Assembly: GCF_018977255.1 (NCBI RefSeq)
Contig: NW_024704742.1
Location: 45,262,001-45,326,000 of the forward strand
Direction of reading: 5' to 3'
DNA from: Callorhinchus milii
Lineage: Eukaryota
Length of the DNA: 64,000 nucleotides
Shown: positions 39,372-51,880 of the stretch, one piece after another
Layout: the number at the start of each line of letters is the position of its first letter
Numbering within the stretch: position 1 is the first letter of the stretch
Translations under genes and position numbers: made by a program
The notes under the pieces: generated by a model
The model's database searches: none
What the model was told of the DNA's origin: nothing
Seen by the model: only the letters and a program-made list of their open reading frames with translations

Positions 39372-39675
39372 CGTAATAATCATAATAATCGTTACATTTG
39401 AGGTATATAGCACGTCTCACATTTAGATGAGTTGAGAGAACATCACAAAGTCCTGCACAGGATATATAGTAACGTGTGGTAAATATGCAATTTTTAGATG
39501 AAAACAGCGGTCAATTTGGGCACAGCAATGTCCCGCAAACAGCCATATAGTGAATGGTCAGTTTTATCTGAGGGATTATTAATCGGGCCCTGGCAATAAC
39601 TCTCTTCTCTTTCAAATGTACCACGGGATCTTTAAAGTCCACCAAAACAAGCTTTAATATGTCATCTGAAGGACA
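39372..39675 (-). mobile_element. DeuSINE-like SINE 3' part
   Basis: ggtggactttaaagatcccgtggtac; gcgggacattgctgtgcccaaattgaccgc. Confidence 0.7.
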
Positions 39676-40069
39676 AGGCCCTCTACTCTGTATTAATGAC
39701 TGACTCTATTAGTTTTCACCAACCATTTGGAACCAATTAGTTTTGCAATTATGGGGTAAAATGCAGTTGCCAAAATTAGGATTAATCACAGCAATATTTA
39801 GCTCAGTTTGTAGTTTGTTTTGAATGTGACCAAAGCAGTACTAAAAGTGACTTTGGGAATATATTGCACCTAGCATTACTCATATAACAACAGCTGCACA
39901 GAAGGGTGGAGCAATTATCAAAGTTCATAATTCCAAAGGTTTTTTCCCAATGAATGACAAGGGAGTCATTTGCCACTTGTTGGTCAATTTATCAACCTTA
40001 TTCTCCAATTCTTAGTGAATTTACAGATCTCAACAGCACTTTGCATATTAAGTGAATACAGCAACAAAA

Positions 40070-40435
40070 TATGCTTGTTTTTTAGGCCACCGGGTGCTTG
40101 TCACATGTGGAAAGCCATCAGCATACTTAAGAGTCTCCAAACTGAATTACTGAGTTTCACATATGCATAGTTGGTATCTGTCCCCATTGGGATGCACCCT
40201 GTTTACCTAATCCTGTAGGCTTTAGGTTAAGAGTCAATGCTTAGGGTCGCCAAGGTGTGCGTTGAAGAATCACTGGTGTTGAATTATCTTTAATTGTACA
40301 TCTTATCACTGGACACTCTGGCATGTTTTCCATTGTTCAGCCAATGAGGTCCATTCTACCTGTTGGAGCTTTCACTTGCAGTCTTAACATGAGGTGAGTG
40401 GGAAGAATCCTTGCCCCAGTGATTTGTCTGCTCTT
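40070..40435 (+). repeat. Unclassified dispersed repeat, copy 5 (most continuous)
   Basis: gggtgcttgtcacatgtggaaagccatcagcatacttaagagtctccaaactg...gggatgcaccctgtttaccta...gagtgggaagaatccttgccccagtgatttgtctgc. Confidence 0.7.
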
Positions 40436-42349
40436 CAAAGTCCCACTCATCAACTGGGCTGTTTGGGTTGGTCATCAACAGTGGGAGTAGTGTAGATCTG
40501 GCTGGTTCAGGAACCCGACTACCAAGAACACAACTGAGAATCAACTCAATTCCAATTTTCCATTGCCACATGTGTCACCTTGAAGTCAATTCAGTCTCAA
40601 TTAGACTCTGCTTATCTTCTCCCCACCCCTCAAGGAAGATAGTCACCATTTGGTCATTCGACATCTGACAAGCACAGCTTTGAGCCCTCACTTGATGGAC
40701 AGTAGATACTCCTTGCGAACAGTATGGAATTGAGTTGAAATTCTTATTTACAAACAGGAAGAAAATAATCCCTCAAATATCTTTGTCTTTTAAAGTTCAG
40801 TTGGCAGCTATTAAATTAGTTTTGTTGATAAACATTGCACTGTTTTTTTCAAATATAGGACAAAAATTGTGATGTGTTAATTAATACCTGTGGTGCTAAT
40901 TATCTCATCATTAAAAATAATGACTAGTTGACGTGTTAATTATCAATTGATCCTTGGGTGTATTTTGTGTGCAACTGTATTTCAAGCATAAATTATCATT
41001 ACTGCACCCACAGTGTTTGGAAAAGCAGAATCAATACACAATCAGTGTAGCTCCTGTCTTTCTCATCTTCATTTCTGCCTAGTAGCTTGTGTAACATGGC
41101 TCCCTTTGGGTTGAAAATGCCAAAGTTTCTAGCTTTCTGATTTGTCTCCCTCTAGCCTGAGATATGATATGTTCACTGTGGACCTTCCCCATTCCATTGA
41201 AAGTACAGCCCAAAGAGATTGCAATGTCAATGGACAATGGGATGTTGAACATACAATAATCTTCTTAATCTCCATGTTCCTGAGGTCTGATTCATAATGT
41301 TCACTCAGTTAGAATATCCATCCTTGGATGCTCATAGATTGAATGGTTTTGAAGAGCACTGCCCATTGATAATTCAGTCACACCTATATCACAATTCACT
41401 CAGTGGAACCTCCACACTGTCAGGACTCACCAGTGGTAGTAATGGAACAAGACTTGTGTATTCTAATGCTGGTAATATTGTTGGTGCGGGGGTTGTGTGT
41501 TCTCTGTCTTAATTTGAAATGCTGGACAGTGAAGAGAACAGATGGTAGAACACTGTAGACTTGGCAGAATAAACAAACCTTGTGTAGTTGCTAGAAAATG
41601 TGCTTTACACACCTTTATACTTTACTGACCTGAATAACCCACAAAGATTAAAACTAATAAATTACTAAATATTTTTCTACACTTTGAGTCAAATAAGACT
41701 TTTGTATGTGTTTAAAAGGATTATGACTGTACATTATATAACAGATACACTGTATGAAAAAGCTTGTACATAAAAAGTAATTCAATGATAATTCATGTAT
41801 TTTTTATTAACAGTCAAAAATGGGCAAATGCATTGAAAATGACAGAATTACTGAAATCCTGCAGGACACTTGGGCTGATTTACTTCCCAAACTCCTTTAG
41901 CACCTGCCAAGAATTGAATCAGGGCTGTAGATAAAAGACATGCAAATGATTCATTTATTACAATTTCTATCTAAACATGCAATTCTAAATGCAGAGAAAC
42001 CTAACAAAAATGACTGGGTAAATCGGAATTTGGAAGTCAGAAGTAAGTTGTGCTTATTAATGTGCATTATATTAACTATCTGAAATAATGGGCATCTCAG
42101 TCATGTGTGGGGTAAGCTTTGTGGCATTTCATCAGCCGTTCCTTGTATTAATTAATGCAGGGATGAAAGGTGCCTGTGGAACTACCGCAGCAAAAGTCTG
42201 CACCTTGAGAAGGCTGTATTTTTGAGGGGTGGATGGCGGGGTTGGGGGAAGGTAAGTGAGCATATTTTAACAATTCATATAAACTTTGACCAAAACATTA
42301 CAAATTTTCACTGTTCTATCTATAACATTAATTTTGTGTATTTTAGACA

Positions 42350-42960
42350 TTTATAATCAATACTGATATAGGACTGTATGTCATGTCAGAAGGATATCTC
42401 AAAAAACTTTAAAGAATTTACTGCCAACTGTAGTGACTGTGTATTTTGTGGCTGAATGTGAATTTATACACAGCAATATTCCACAAATAGCTAGCTATCA
42501 AAGGAACGATCAGTTTTATCTGAGGGATTGTTGGCCTCGACACTGGGACACCATTCACTTTATAATAGTGCCATGGATTCTTTAATACCCACCTGAACAG
42601 GCAGTCAGCACCCCAGGTTACTGTCTTATCTGAAAGACAACACCTTCAACAATGTAGTGTTCTCCCATTGGTGCAAGGGAGTTTTACAATAATAATGATA
42701 ATCTTTACATATTCATATGAGGGGAATGTTTCAAAATACTTTACGGGATATACAAAAAGTGTAGTGACTGTGTATTTTTTGTAGGTAAACGTGGCAGCCA
42801 TTTTGCACACTGTAATGTGCCTCCAACAAAACAGCAAACAATTAACACTGCATTGAGATCAGTCTAAACTATGTGAGGTCAAACTCCCGACATGAGACCT
42901 GAACTGAACCCAAACCTTCTGAGTCAGAGGCAAGGGTATTACCAACTCAGCCAGGCTGGC
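42350..42960 (-). mobile_element. Two adjacent or nested DeuSINE-like SINEs
   Basis: Two tails (42350-42490, 42685-42830), core gaatccatggcactatt, head ccagcctggctgagttggtaatacc. Confidence 0.7.
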
Positions 42961-43189
42961 ATCAAAATGATGCAATGGCACTGGTTAGAATTGCTGTATA
43001 TTCACTACGATTGTGTGGAAAGTTCCAAGACACTTAATTACAAGAAAGAAAATGTGAACAACCTATTTTTACTGCATCATGTTTACAGCAATGTGGATAT
43101 CAACAATCTAGCTAAATTCTTAGACAGCAGCCAGGAACAGTTCACTCTGAATATTTAGTTGTAAAAGTCATAACAATTTCAGGCAGGAA

Positions 43190-43700
43190 CAGACCATAAG
43201 TCAGTCTTTTCAATTCCCCATGGGATATATTCAATGAATCTATCTCTAATAACCCAGAAGCTGACAGGAGCTTGTCGAGTTCCTCTTTGAAGTGCATTAT
43301 AGTGTATTGTTTCACTGCCTGTCCTGCACATACCTAAAATTTGCAATGAGTTAAGTAGGTTTCCCTTTATGCCCCAAGCAGGTAAAAATTGTATCACTGC
43401 TACTTGCAAGGGCTTTGACAATAGGGAAATCAATGTTGACAATTCCATACAGATATGGGCCCATACAGGATCAGCACTGGAATATAAATTCAGAGGATTG
43501 GGAATAACTCAAAAATGCATTGTATTATTAACGCTGATATTTTGCTCTGTTAACCCTTGGTGAGAAACATTTGAACCTAATGGTTCACTGCACCCCAAAT
43601 CTGATAAGAATTTCCACACCACCTCAATGCATTCCAAATCCCAGTAAGGTGCATACATTAACCATAAATTAATGGGTTGAAAAAGAGCTTCTTGAGAAAC
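43190..43700 (+). pseudogene. Possible decayed Gypsy reverse transcriptase relic
   Basis: 43192: DHKSVFSIPHGIYSMNLSLITQKLTGA resembles 'KTAFSTPxGLYEFxxMPFGLxxAP'; no YxDD readable. Confidence 0.35.
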
Positions 43701-43844
43701 TGGCAGCATTACTAGCAGAAAAGGCATCACGCTCCATAAAACTACATTCTGAAAAAAAATCCTGTGTGTCTCCAGACCTCAGCTCTGAGAGCAACCTAGA
43801 GATAACATGTGAGACGTCATCTCCGAAGGTTTACAAGACATTGT

Positions 43845-44170
43845 GGAGTCCTGTAGCTCAGTGGTTAGAGCACTCGCCTTGCAAGCGAGACACCTGGATT
43901 CAATTCTAGGCAGGGTGAAACCTTGGGCAAATTTCCTTACTCCACACGTCTGATAATAATCCCTCCAAAACAAAACAATAATTAATTGGTCATTTTCAAT
44001 CCACGACTGTTTGTGGGACACTGCTGTGCGCAATTGACTGCCGCGTTTCGCCCACAAATATACGGTCATTTCACTTTACAGTATATTCTGTGAAGCGCTT
44101 TGAGATGTTGAGAAGATATTAAAAGCGCTATATCAAATGTAAGGTTACTATTTATTATTATTTATTATAA
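43845..44170 (+). mobile_element. tRNA-Ala(TGC)-like SINE, short subfamily, full length
   Basis: ggagtcctgtagctcagtggttagagcactcgccttgcaagcgag (A-box, perfect anticodon stem), ggattcaattc B-box, L2-like (tta)n tail. Confidence 0.9.
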
Positions 44171-44287
44171 TGTCAGAAAAGCTTTGTGTAGGTTTCACTT
44201 AGCGCACTGGTTTGGCCACATGCGAGAATAGGGTGCAGCTGTTCGTTGACTCCGGGTTTTAGACAATTTAATCTCTGGGCAAGATAA

Positions 44288-44370
44288 TTTTAAACGTTTT
44301 ACAAAGTATTTTAAATGTTTTACAAAATATTTTAAATGTTTTACAAAGTATTTGACATGTTTTGCAATGC
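44288..44370. repeat. 21-bp minisatellite, ~4 units
   Basis: ttttaaa(c/t)gttttacaaa(g/a)ta x3 plus a degenerate fourth unit. Confidence 0.9.
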
Positions 44371-47300
44371 TTTACAGTGGGCCTTCCTTTCACTGGTGAA
44401 CAGCAGAGTTAAGTTTTCTAAGGAGCGTTACTTTCATTTGGCCGAATGAACTAAAAACCCTTCCTGAGCACTTCTGTTGAAAGCTCCTCAGAGACACATT
44501 ACTGACAGGAGCCTCTTAGCTCTGGAATCTCTTTGAGCTCAGCTCATTGAATAGAGGTTAGTTTCATGATCTTCATTGCCTTTGATTGGACCACATTTAT
44601 TCAGATTATAGTGATCTATAATTGCCTTGAGTTTCTGTCGTTACTGATGTGTAGATCCTTTTTCTTCCTTTTTCCTCTTCCTTTTTCAATGGGCGGAGAC
44701 ATGAGACTGGATGCCCTGTGTCTTTATTACTGTTTACTTTTAGAAATGTACATAACTGGTGTGTGTCCACTGGTAAATAGAGTACCACCATAAATAAGAT
44801 CACTTGCAGAGAAAATAAATAATGATTTAGCAGGTTCCTTGCTGGCTATTCATTATTATTGTTTCCTGATGTTTTTCAGGTCAAATTGTACATATGCAAA
44901 CTACCGATTCTACAGGGGAAACTTGGGATAAATTGGAAAGCCTTTCCTAGCTTCAAATGTTTGTCTTGGGAATTGTCACTGTCTTTCTAGTGATCTGTCT
45001 ATTAATGTTTTTGCACTATGTGTTTGTGTCAATATGTGCAAAAATAATTGTCTCGGCAAGATGCCATCCAGCATGAAGGGCGCTATATGAATGCAAGTTA
45101 TTATTGTTATCTCCCCATTTCAAATGAACAAACACAGGGGCAAGCTACATGTATCACCTTCAGCTGTTGTTAAACATGTAAATCCACATCACAGCAGTCC
45201 AAATCTTGCCGCAAATCTTTCATTGGCAGATTGTTGTTTTCTAAACATTTCCGAGCTCTACCTTGATTGAGAATCTTATTAATTGCCAAGGACATTTGAC
45301 TAACAAAACAGGAATTTCAAACACAATGGCACTTCAAAAATAAATGATATGCAAAATTGTGGGATCAAATTTGTGATTTTTTTAATGGAATTCTTGAACA
45401 AGAAATTTGTGATGGAAGTAGGTCATGGCAATCTATGGGAACATCTTTCTGACACAATCTACTGCCAGAGCACCATTTCTGCAGGTTGATGGGAATTCTT
45501 TAGTAAGGAAGCAGGTTAAGAAATATCACAAATTGGACCTGATATTTCTACATGGTTTCCAAAAGCACTCTAATGGTATAACTGTAATTTAGCCACTGTC
45601 TATAGCACCCCATAACATAAAAAAAAATTCCTCATGCAATCTTGTGTTCAGCATGCAGACTCAATAGACTTAGTTCTGATAAGATCTTGGGTCAGAGACC
45701 AAGTTGCTGAACACTGCATGACATAGAAGGGGGAAACATTCTTTGTATCACAGGTGCACTGCCAGAATGCTTACTCAACAATTTTAAACTGAACACACAA
45801 GAGCAATATATTTTTTTNAAATTAACTCCAAGAGTATGCAAGACATGTCCCAAAGTTTGTTGATTCACACTACCATTCAAACAAGTGAATTAAATTGTGT
45901 TGCTATTTATAAAGAAAGCTTTATTCATTGTTCAAGAACACTGGTTGAACAATGTTCTCGTGTTTAGTTCACAGACCAGTAAGCTTAATCGAGAATAACT
46001 TGACGTGGCAATTTGTGCTCTTCTGTTAAATGCAACTTCGGAACCTGTATTTCAGAGAGACAAAAAGCTAAGCTTTGTTTTNATCAAAATTTAACAATTG
46101 TTAGAAATAAAATGATCTAGATTCAGGGTTAACAAGCCATCTTTAACATAATTATAATATTAATGATAATAATAATCCTTGCATTTGATATAGCACCTTA
46201 TCAGGTCTCTGATTTGTCTAAACGCGCTTCACAGAATATACTATAAAGTGCAATAACTGTGTATTTTTTGGGTGAAACATGGCAGCCAATTGCACACAGC
46301 TGAAATGTAATACAGGCCAGGATGCTGAACTTATGAAGCAACTTTATAATAATAAATTATGCTTAAATTTGCTATGTTGTCTTTCAGCTCAGGAGAACTT
46401 CTCAAAGTGCTTCACCTGATTTATTATAAAATGTAGTGACTCTATTTTGTAAGTGAATGTATTTTGATACTCTAATGGGAAGATGTGCCACAAAGAAACA
46501 GACCTTTACAGCACTATGATTGGCCCATCATGTCTGCGCCACTACCTGAATTATGGGAGGATGAATTCACTTGAGCTAAATTAGCTTGTACATCCACATC
46601 TCTTGTGATCTTGTATTTATTATAAATAAAAGCTATCCATTCTATGAGCATGTTCAATTTACTGTGAAATAAAAAAAGTGCTAAGTTTAGTAGAATTTAA
46701 AGACAAGTGATGTTTTTACCGTGAAACCTTGCAAAATGGGGGTGTTCACTGGAGCCATTTTAGTTGAAAAAAATTATCCATTTATTTATTATTCTGTTTA
46801 CTCAACAAGTCTTCAATTTTGTTTTTGTTCATTCACACTTGCAAATTTAGAGGTGATCTTCGGCAAAACTGCTGGTTTAAGCCGTGTGAAGTTATCTCCT
46901 CTGATCCAGAGCACGAAGTTAAAAACTGCCACTTCTTATGCTCATCTGTGCATCAGACCGATTTGAATTGGAATAATATAAATAGCCTCATACAGATTGA
47001 TGGCCTTTTTCCACCCTGAGGAAAATCACAATTCATGAGGTATTTTGATCTCATGTAAGACAAATACAAATGAGTGTATATTTTGCGAGATACCTTTGTT
47101 GAAAGTCAAACATCAGAATCAATGTACACTGTACAATAAGTAAACTGGACCTATGACATTCTTCTTATAATGTAAGTTTTTGTTTTGTTTCAGGGAATCA
47201 TAGATATAGTTCTTCATGGTTGTTTGTGGGTTAGTTAATGATGGCTGTTTGTGGGATGTTGCTAGGCACAAATTGGTTGCTGCTTTTGTTCATAAAAATA

Positions 47301-47399
47301 GTTACTATACTTCACAGTAAAGCCTGTGAAATGCTTGATAGTTCAACAACAGGATAAGGAGCTATATCAAATGCAAGCATTATTATGATTATTAATAAT

Positions 47400-47880
47400 T
47401 TAGCTAATCAAACCTATACTGACCCAAACTTATCTACTGGAGATAACTATTCTAATTCCAGTTTCCTGCTCTTTCTTCATCCTCTTAGATATTTGTCCTC
47501 TTCAAATGTTTACCCAGTTCCCTTTTGAATGTTGCTATTTCAGTCGTAATAGTCACTTCTATATTTTATGTTCCAATAAACCTTTGTGTGAAAAAGTTTC
47601 TTCTAATCTTATCCTTATCTCTTCCAGTGACTTTTGTCAGTTTTTGCTCCCTTGTTCCCATTTTGCCAATCAGTAAGATAATCTTGGCATTATAGATCAT
47701 TGCAAGCCCTTTTGGAATTTTTAAGATTTCTATTGGATCCAGTGAAAACAGACCTAAATGTTTGAGTCTATCCTCATAACTATAACCTCTCATATGAAAT
47801 TTATGCTGTACCTCTCAAGACCTCTGAGGCCCTTTTTGAAAAGGGACACCCAGAATTGCACACAGCACTCCAACTATAAG
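47400..47880 (-). mobile_element. Old CR1 3' fragment
   Basis: ORF 47566-47793 MRGYSYEDRLKHLGLFSL...RRNFFTQR. Confidence 0.8.
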
Positions 47881-47885
47881 TTGAA

Positions 47886-48275
47886 AACAACAGCAACTTG
47901 AATTTATATAGCACCCTTCACACATGGGCTATCCTCTCGGAGCGCTTAACAGTGTTAGAGGTTGAGGCTGAGCCGGGGGGGAGGGAAGAAGTGACTATAA
48001 GCACAGTCGAAGAGGAAGGTCTTCAGGTGTGATACGAAAAAGGTGAAGGAGGGGGCAAGGTGGAGGGATTGAGGGAAAGGGTTTGACTGCCGATGGTAGA
48101 GCAGAGAAGGGACAAGCAGGAAGCCAGAGACAGCTGAGCAGAGGTGGCGGGTGCTGGAGTTGGAAGTAAGCAGGTCAGAGAGGTAGGGAGGTGCCAGGGC
48201 ATGAAGAGATGTTTAGACATTTTTTTAGGATTTTGAAGTTGATCCGTTTTGTGATAGGGAGCCAGTGGAGCCAAG
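47886..48275 (-). mobile_element. L2 3' fragment (type A)
   Basis: ctccactggctccc (LHWLP), ctcttcatgccctggcacctccctacctc; tail gggtgctatataaattcaagttg. Confidence 0.8.
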
Positions 48276-49409
48276 CAAAGTAGACATTATTGAAGAAAGA
48301 ACAAAGCTAGAATGCATATCTGAATAGATAATGTTCTTAGTGATTTCAACAAATGTATAAATTTAACATCAATTAATTTGCATTGACTTTCCATTGATAT
48401 TTGTCTATTTATAAAATACAATCAATTGTCTTTTCTATTTGGGATTGCACCTTTAAAAACATATGTATATATATAGTTGCACCATATATATTTCTGTTCC
48501 TCGACATCATTAAGAACATTATCATTTGGTATATACATTCTTTCTTTGTTCTTTCTTCAATGTCCAATTAAATTTTTTCTGCATTCTCCTCAATGCACTC
48601 AATCAAGAAGGTCAATGCAAATAAATGCAAAGCACTGTATATAGGAAGTAAAAATAGGATGTACATTTATTCTAAGGACAAGATAGACCTTGTCAAGAGG
48701 GAATTGGAAAGAGACATCTTTATTGGAGAAAGAACAAAGAAAGAAAGGTAGGAGGCATCTGCCATCTAACTCACAATTCTGCTAAATCTTCCTACAGTTT
48801 CTTGGCTTTCTTAGAATTTGTTTGATGTAGTGCAGCATAAGAGGCTGGTGAAAATATTAAGGCACAGGAGGATAGTTTTGAAGGTAAATTGATGCTTGAA
48901 AGATAGATACTATTAAAATCCTTTCAAAATAAAATAGCACTCCTCCTGAAAGCAAAAAGCATTACTGAAGCCGAGCCATTGAGTAAAGTGTCTCACAATA
49001 TAAAATGAGTAATCTGTAGAGAATTCCACATACATCTTGCCAGCTTGCAGGACCTCGGCCTCAACCTAATATCTCTTCAGAGCAGAGCAAGTCAGTGTGG
49101 TACACAGGGATTTCCTTGCAGAAACACGGTTTACATTATGAAGTGCTTTTTCCTGCTTCATTGCATCAATAACATTGCTGCTTTCATGAACAGTGTTTTT
49201 CCATTCTATAATATGTTGTTTGTCTGCAATTTTATAACAATGTGACATGTTTGTTTCTATTGACAAGTACATAATCTCTTATAGGTACTCAACCTTTTAT
49301 TGGTACTCATAGTGATCAACCGCCTTTTTCTCATTTCACTTCCTCGACCATATAGCTTCGTTGTCAAGGGAGGGAATAGGTGGCCAGGCCAGTGATTGCA
49401 AGATCACAA

Positions 49410-49750
49410 GATTGGTTCCAATGAAAAAGGCCCTTCGGCCCATCTGATGACCTCATCCCTCTAGAATACCCATCCTACTGTACTCCCATCCCAGAATCAA
49501 GCTGCTTTTTAAATTAGTCCAGTATTCTGGCCTCAACCATCCTTCCTGGAAACCTTTTTCCACTCGTTGATTACCCTCTGTGTAACAAAAAGCTTCTGGT
49601 ATTTGTCCTGAAATTACCATTTTAAACTTTTGTCCTCTTGTTCTATTGTGTTGGTGTATCCTAAAATATGGTTCTGGGTTTACTTTCTCAATCCCATTAA
49701 AAATTGTATGCACTTTTACAAGGCCCCCTCTTAGCCATCTTCTTTCAAGA
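49410..49750 (-). mobile_element. CR1 3' fragment
   Basis: IFNGIEKVNPEPYF..NRTRGQKFK; gggccgaagggcc-like 3' UTR. Confidence 0.75.
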
Positions 49751-50149
49751 CTAATGCTTGTGACTGGATGCTAAATGTGGAATGGGACCTCTCTTTCTGA
49801 GTTTCCCTTCCTGCTTTTGTTTCCCTACAAACCAGAAGAGAGTGGTAACTCACAATGTCTGGGGTTCAGCTCAACTCGTTCTTCCATGTTTATGTACTGA
49901 ACACTCCCTTGCGATGCTTGTTATTTTCATAAAATGATTGTGTTGAAGTGTTTGTGATTATAATGAGGTATTAGGAGTGGAGCGGTGGCACAGCCAATCC
50001 TCTCCCTCGACAATTGATTATATCTGTGAACATCATCAGTTCCTTTGTGTGAATATTCAGCTTACATCTTTCACATAGAGCAATATGACACACAAACAGG
50101 CCATTCAGCCCAACTTATTCATGCCATTGTTTATTCATTTTGTGATTGG

Positions 50150-50540
50150 ACTCACTCTTGAATCAGAAGGTTGTGGGTTCAAGCCCCACAGCGAAACTTG
50201 GGATCATACTCTAATCTGACACTCCAATGCAAGGATGCTGTCCTTCGGATGAGATATTAAATCAAGATCTTGTCTGCTTGTTCTGGTAGATGTTAACAAT
50301 CCAATGACACTATTCGAAAAGAGAAGGGAGTTTCTCCCAATGTCCTAGCCAAGAAATCCCCCAAATTAGTCACTCACCCCATGACTGATTGTGGAACAAT
50401 GCTGGGTGCAAGCTGGCTGCCATGCTTTGCTCACAAAATACAGAGTCAAATACACTTTACAGTATATCCTGTGAACCGCTTTGAGAGGTCTCGACGACAT
50501 GATAAGGCACTGTATCAAATGCAAGGCTTATTATTATTTC
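50150..50540 (+). mobile_element. DeuSINE-like SINE, near full length
   Basis: tgaatcagaaggttgtgggttcaagcccc head; ttcggatgagatattaa core; tgtatcaaatgcaaggcttattatt tail. Confidence 0.85.
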
Positions 50541-51099
50541 ACACTCCTATTCCCCTCTCCTAACACTCTCTATTTCCTTTTCCCTCCTGAATGCATTAAG
50601 TTTCTTCTGAAATACATTGACATTTTTACTTCAACTCTAGGTTTCTAGCAGTGAGTTCCATATTCTCACCACCCTCTGCGTAAAGAAGTTCCTCCTAAAT
50701 TTCTTTTTAGATCTGCTACTGCCTTTTAGATATTTACATTTATCCACAAATGCAAATGTAGACTTGAAATAATACCCCTGGCAAATTGCTTGTGTCTTAC
50801 TCTATCTCTTAATATCACTTTTGATTTAATTTAGGTTAATTCAAGTTTGAAACAAAATATGTTGCTCCTTCCTTTTGCAACCAAACGTTTTTGTAGCCCA
50901 ACTATTTTTCTTTTAATTTAAGAGCAGTACCAAAAGAGATGGGCTCTGTGTAGATATTTGTGAATGGAGATTGTCAAAAGAAATAATATATGAGTAGAAC
51001 CTTGAAGGAAGTGCAATGGTTTAGCAACACTCTAGAGAGCCAAAGATCCATCTAGTAATACGTAATTGAGAATCGGGAACTTGTACCTTTCCATGAACA

Positions 51100-51880
51100 G
51101 CTTCTACTCCAGCCCCTTCACAGTTTTGTGTGATGTTCTTCAGGCCTCTGTCCTTCGTCCTCTCCTCTTCAACCTGCATTTGCTCCCTCTTGGTGACATC
51201 ATCCACAGATATGGGGGTCAACTTCCACATGTACGCAGATGACACCCAACTTTATCTCTCTGCCTCCACCCTCAACTCCAGGACCACTGATGTCCCGACA
51301 GATTGTCTATCTGACATCAAGCACCAAATTTCTCCAGTTGAATATCAGCAAGACCGAGGCTCTCCTGATTGGCTACCGTCAGCGCTTCACACCTCAGACA
51401 CTGGTAGGATCCATGGATGCATACTCCACCTCACCAAGCCAGTCAGGAACCTAGGCATCTTGTTTGACCCTCACTGTTCTTTGTCCCCCGCATACGTGTC
51501 ATGACCAGCACCTCAACAGTCTCACCTCTCAGGCTGCCCAAACCCTCATACACCCTCATTCAGATCATCTAGAACTCTGCAGCTCGTTTCCTCTCCCGCA
51601 CAAGGCTCTGTGATCCTATCACCCCCACCCTCGCCCAGCTCCACTGGCTCCCCATTCCTCAGAGGATAGAGATAGAGATAGTTCAAAATTCTCATCCTCA
51701 TCCTGAAGGCCCTCCATGGCCTAGCATCCTCCTACCTCTCTGACCTGCTAACCAGTTATCAACCTGTCAGCTCTCTCTGCTCAGCAGGCTTCGGTCTGCT
51801 TAATGTCCTCGCCCGTCCCGTCCCACCATCGGCATCGGGCCTTCAACTTCTCTGCTCCCACCCTCTGGAACTCCATCCCG
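51100..51880 (+). mobile_element. L2 LINE RT fragment
   Basis: GVNFHMYADDTQLYLS, KPVRNLGILFD, ctccactggctcccc (LHWLP). Confidence 0.9.

Noticed and set aside
40440..40740. Gypsy RNase H relic (minus) or LF-SINE-like fragment (plus)
   Set aside because: Both resemblances are faint and mutually exclusive; cannot be resolved by eye.
43845..43920. tRNA-Ala gene
   Set aside because: Continues straight into a SINE body and tail, has no T-run terminator after the acceptor stem, and divergent copies are dispersed in the window.
44288..44370. CRISPR-like repeat array
   Set aside because: Head-to-tail 21-bp units without spacers, eukaryotic context, no cas genes.
45818..46082. Two N bases (45818 and 46082)
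   Set aside because: Sequencing ambiguities next to T homopolymers, not biology.
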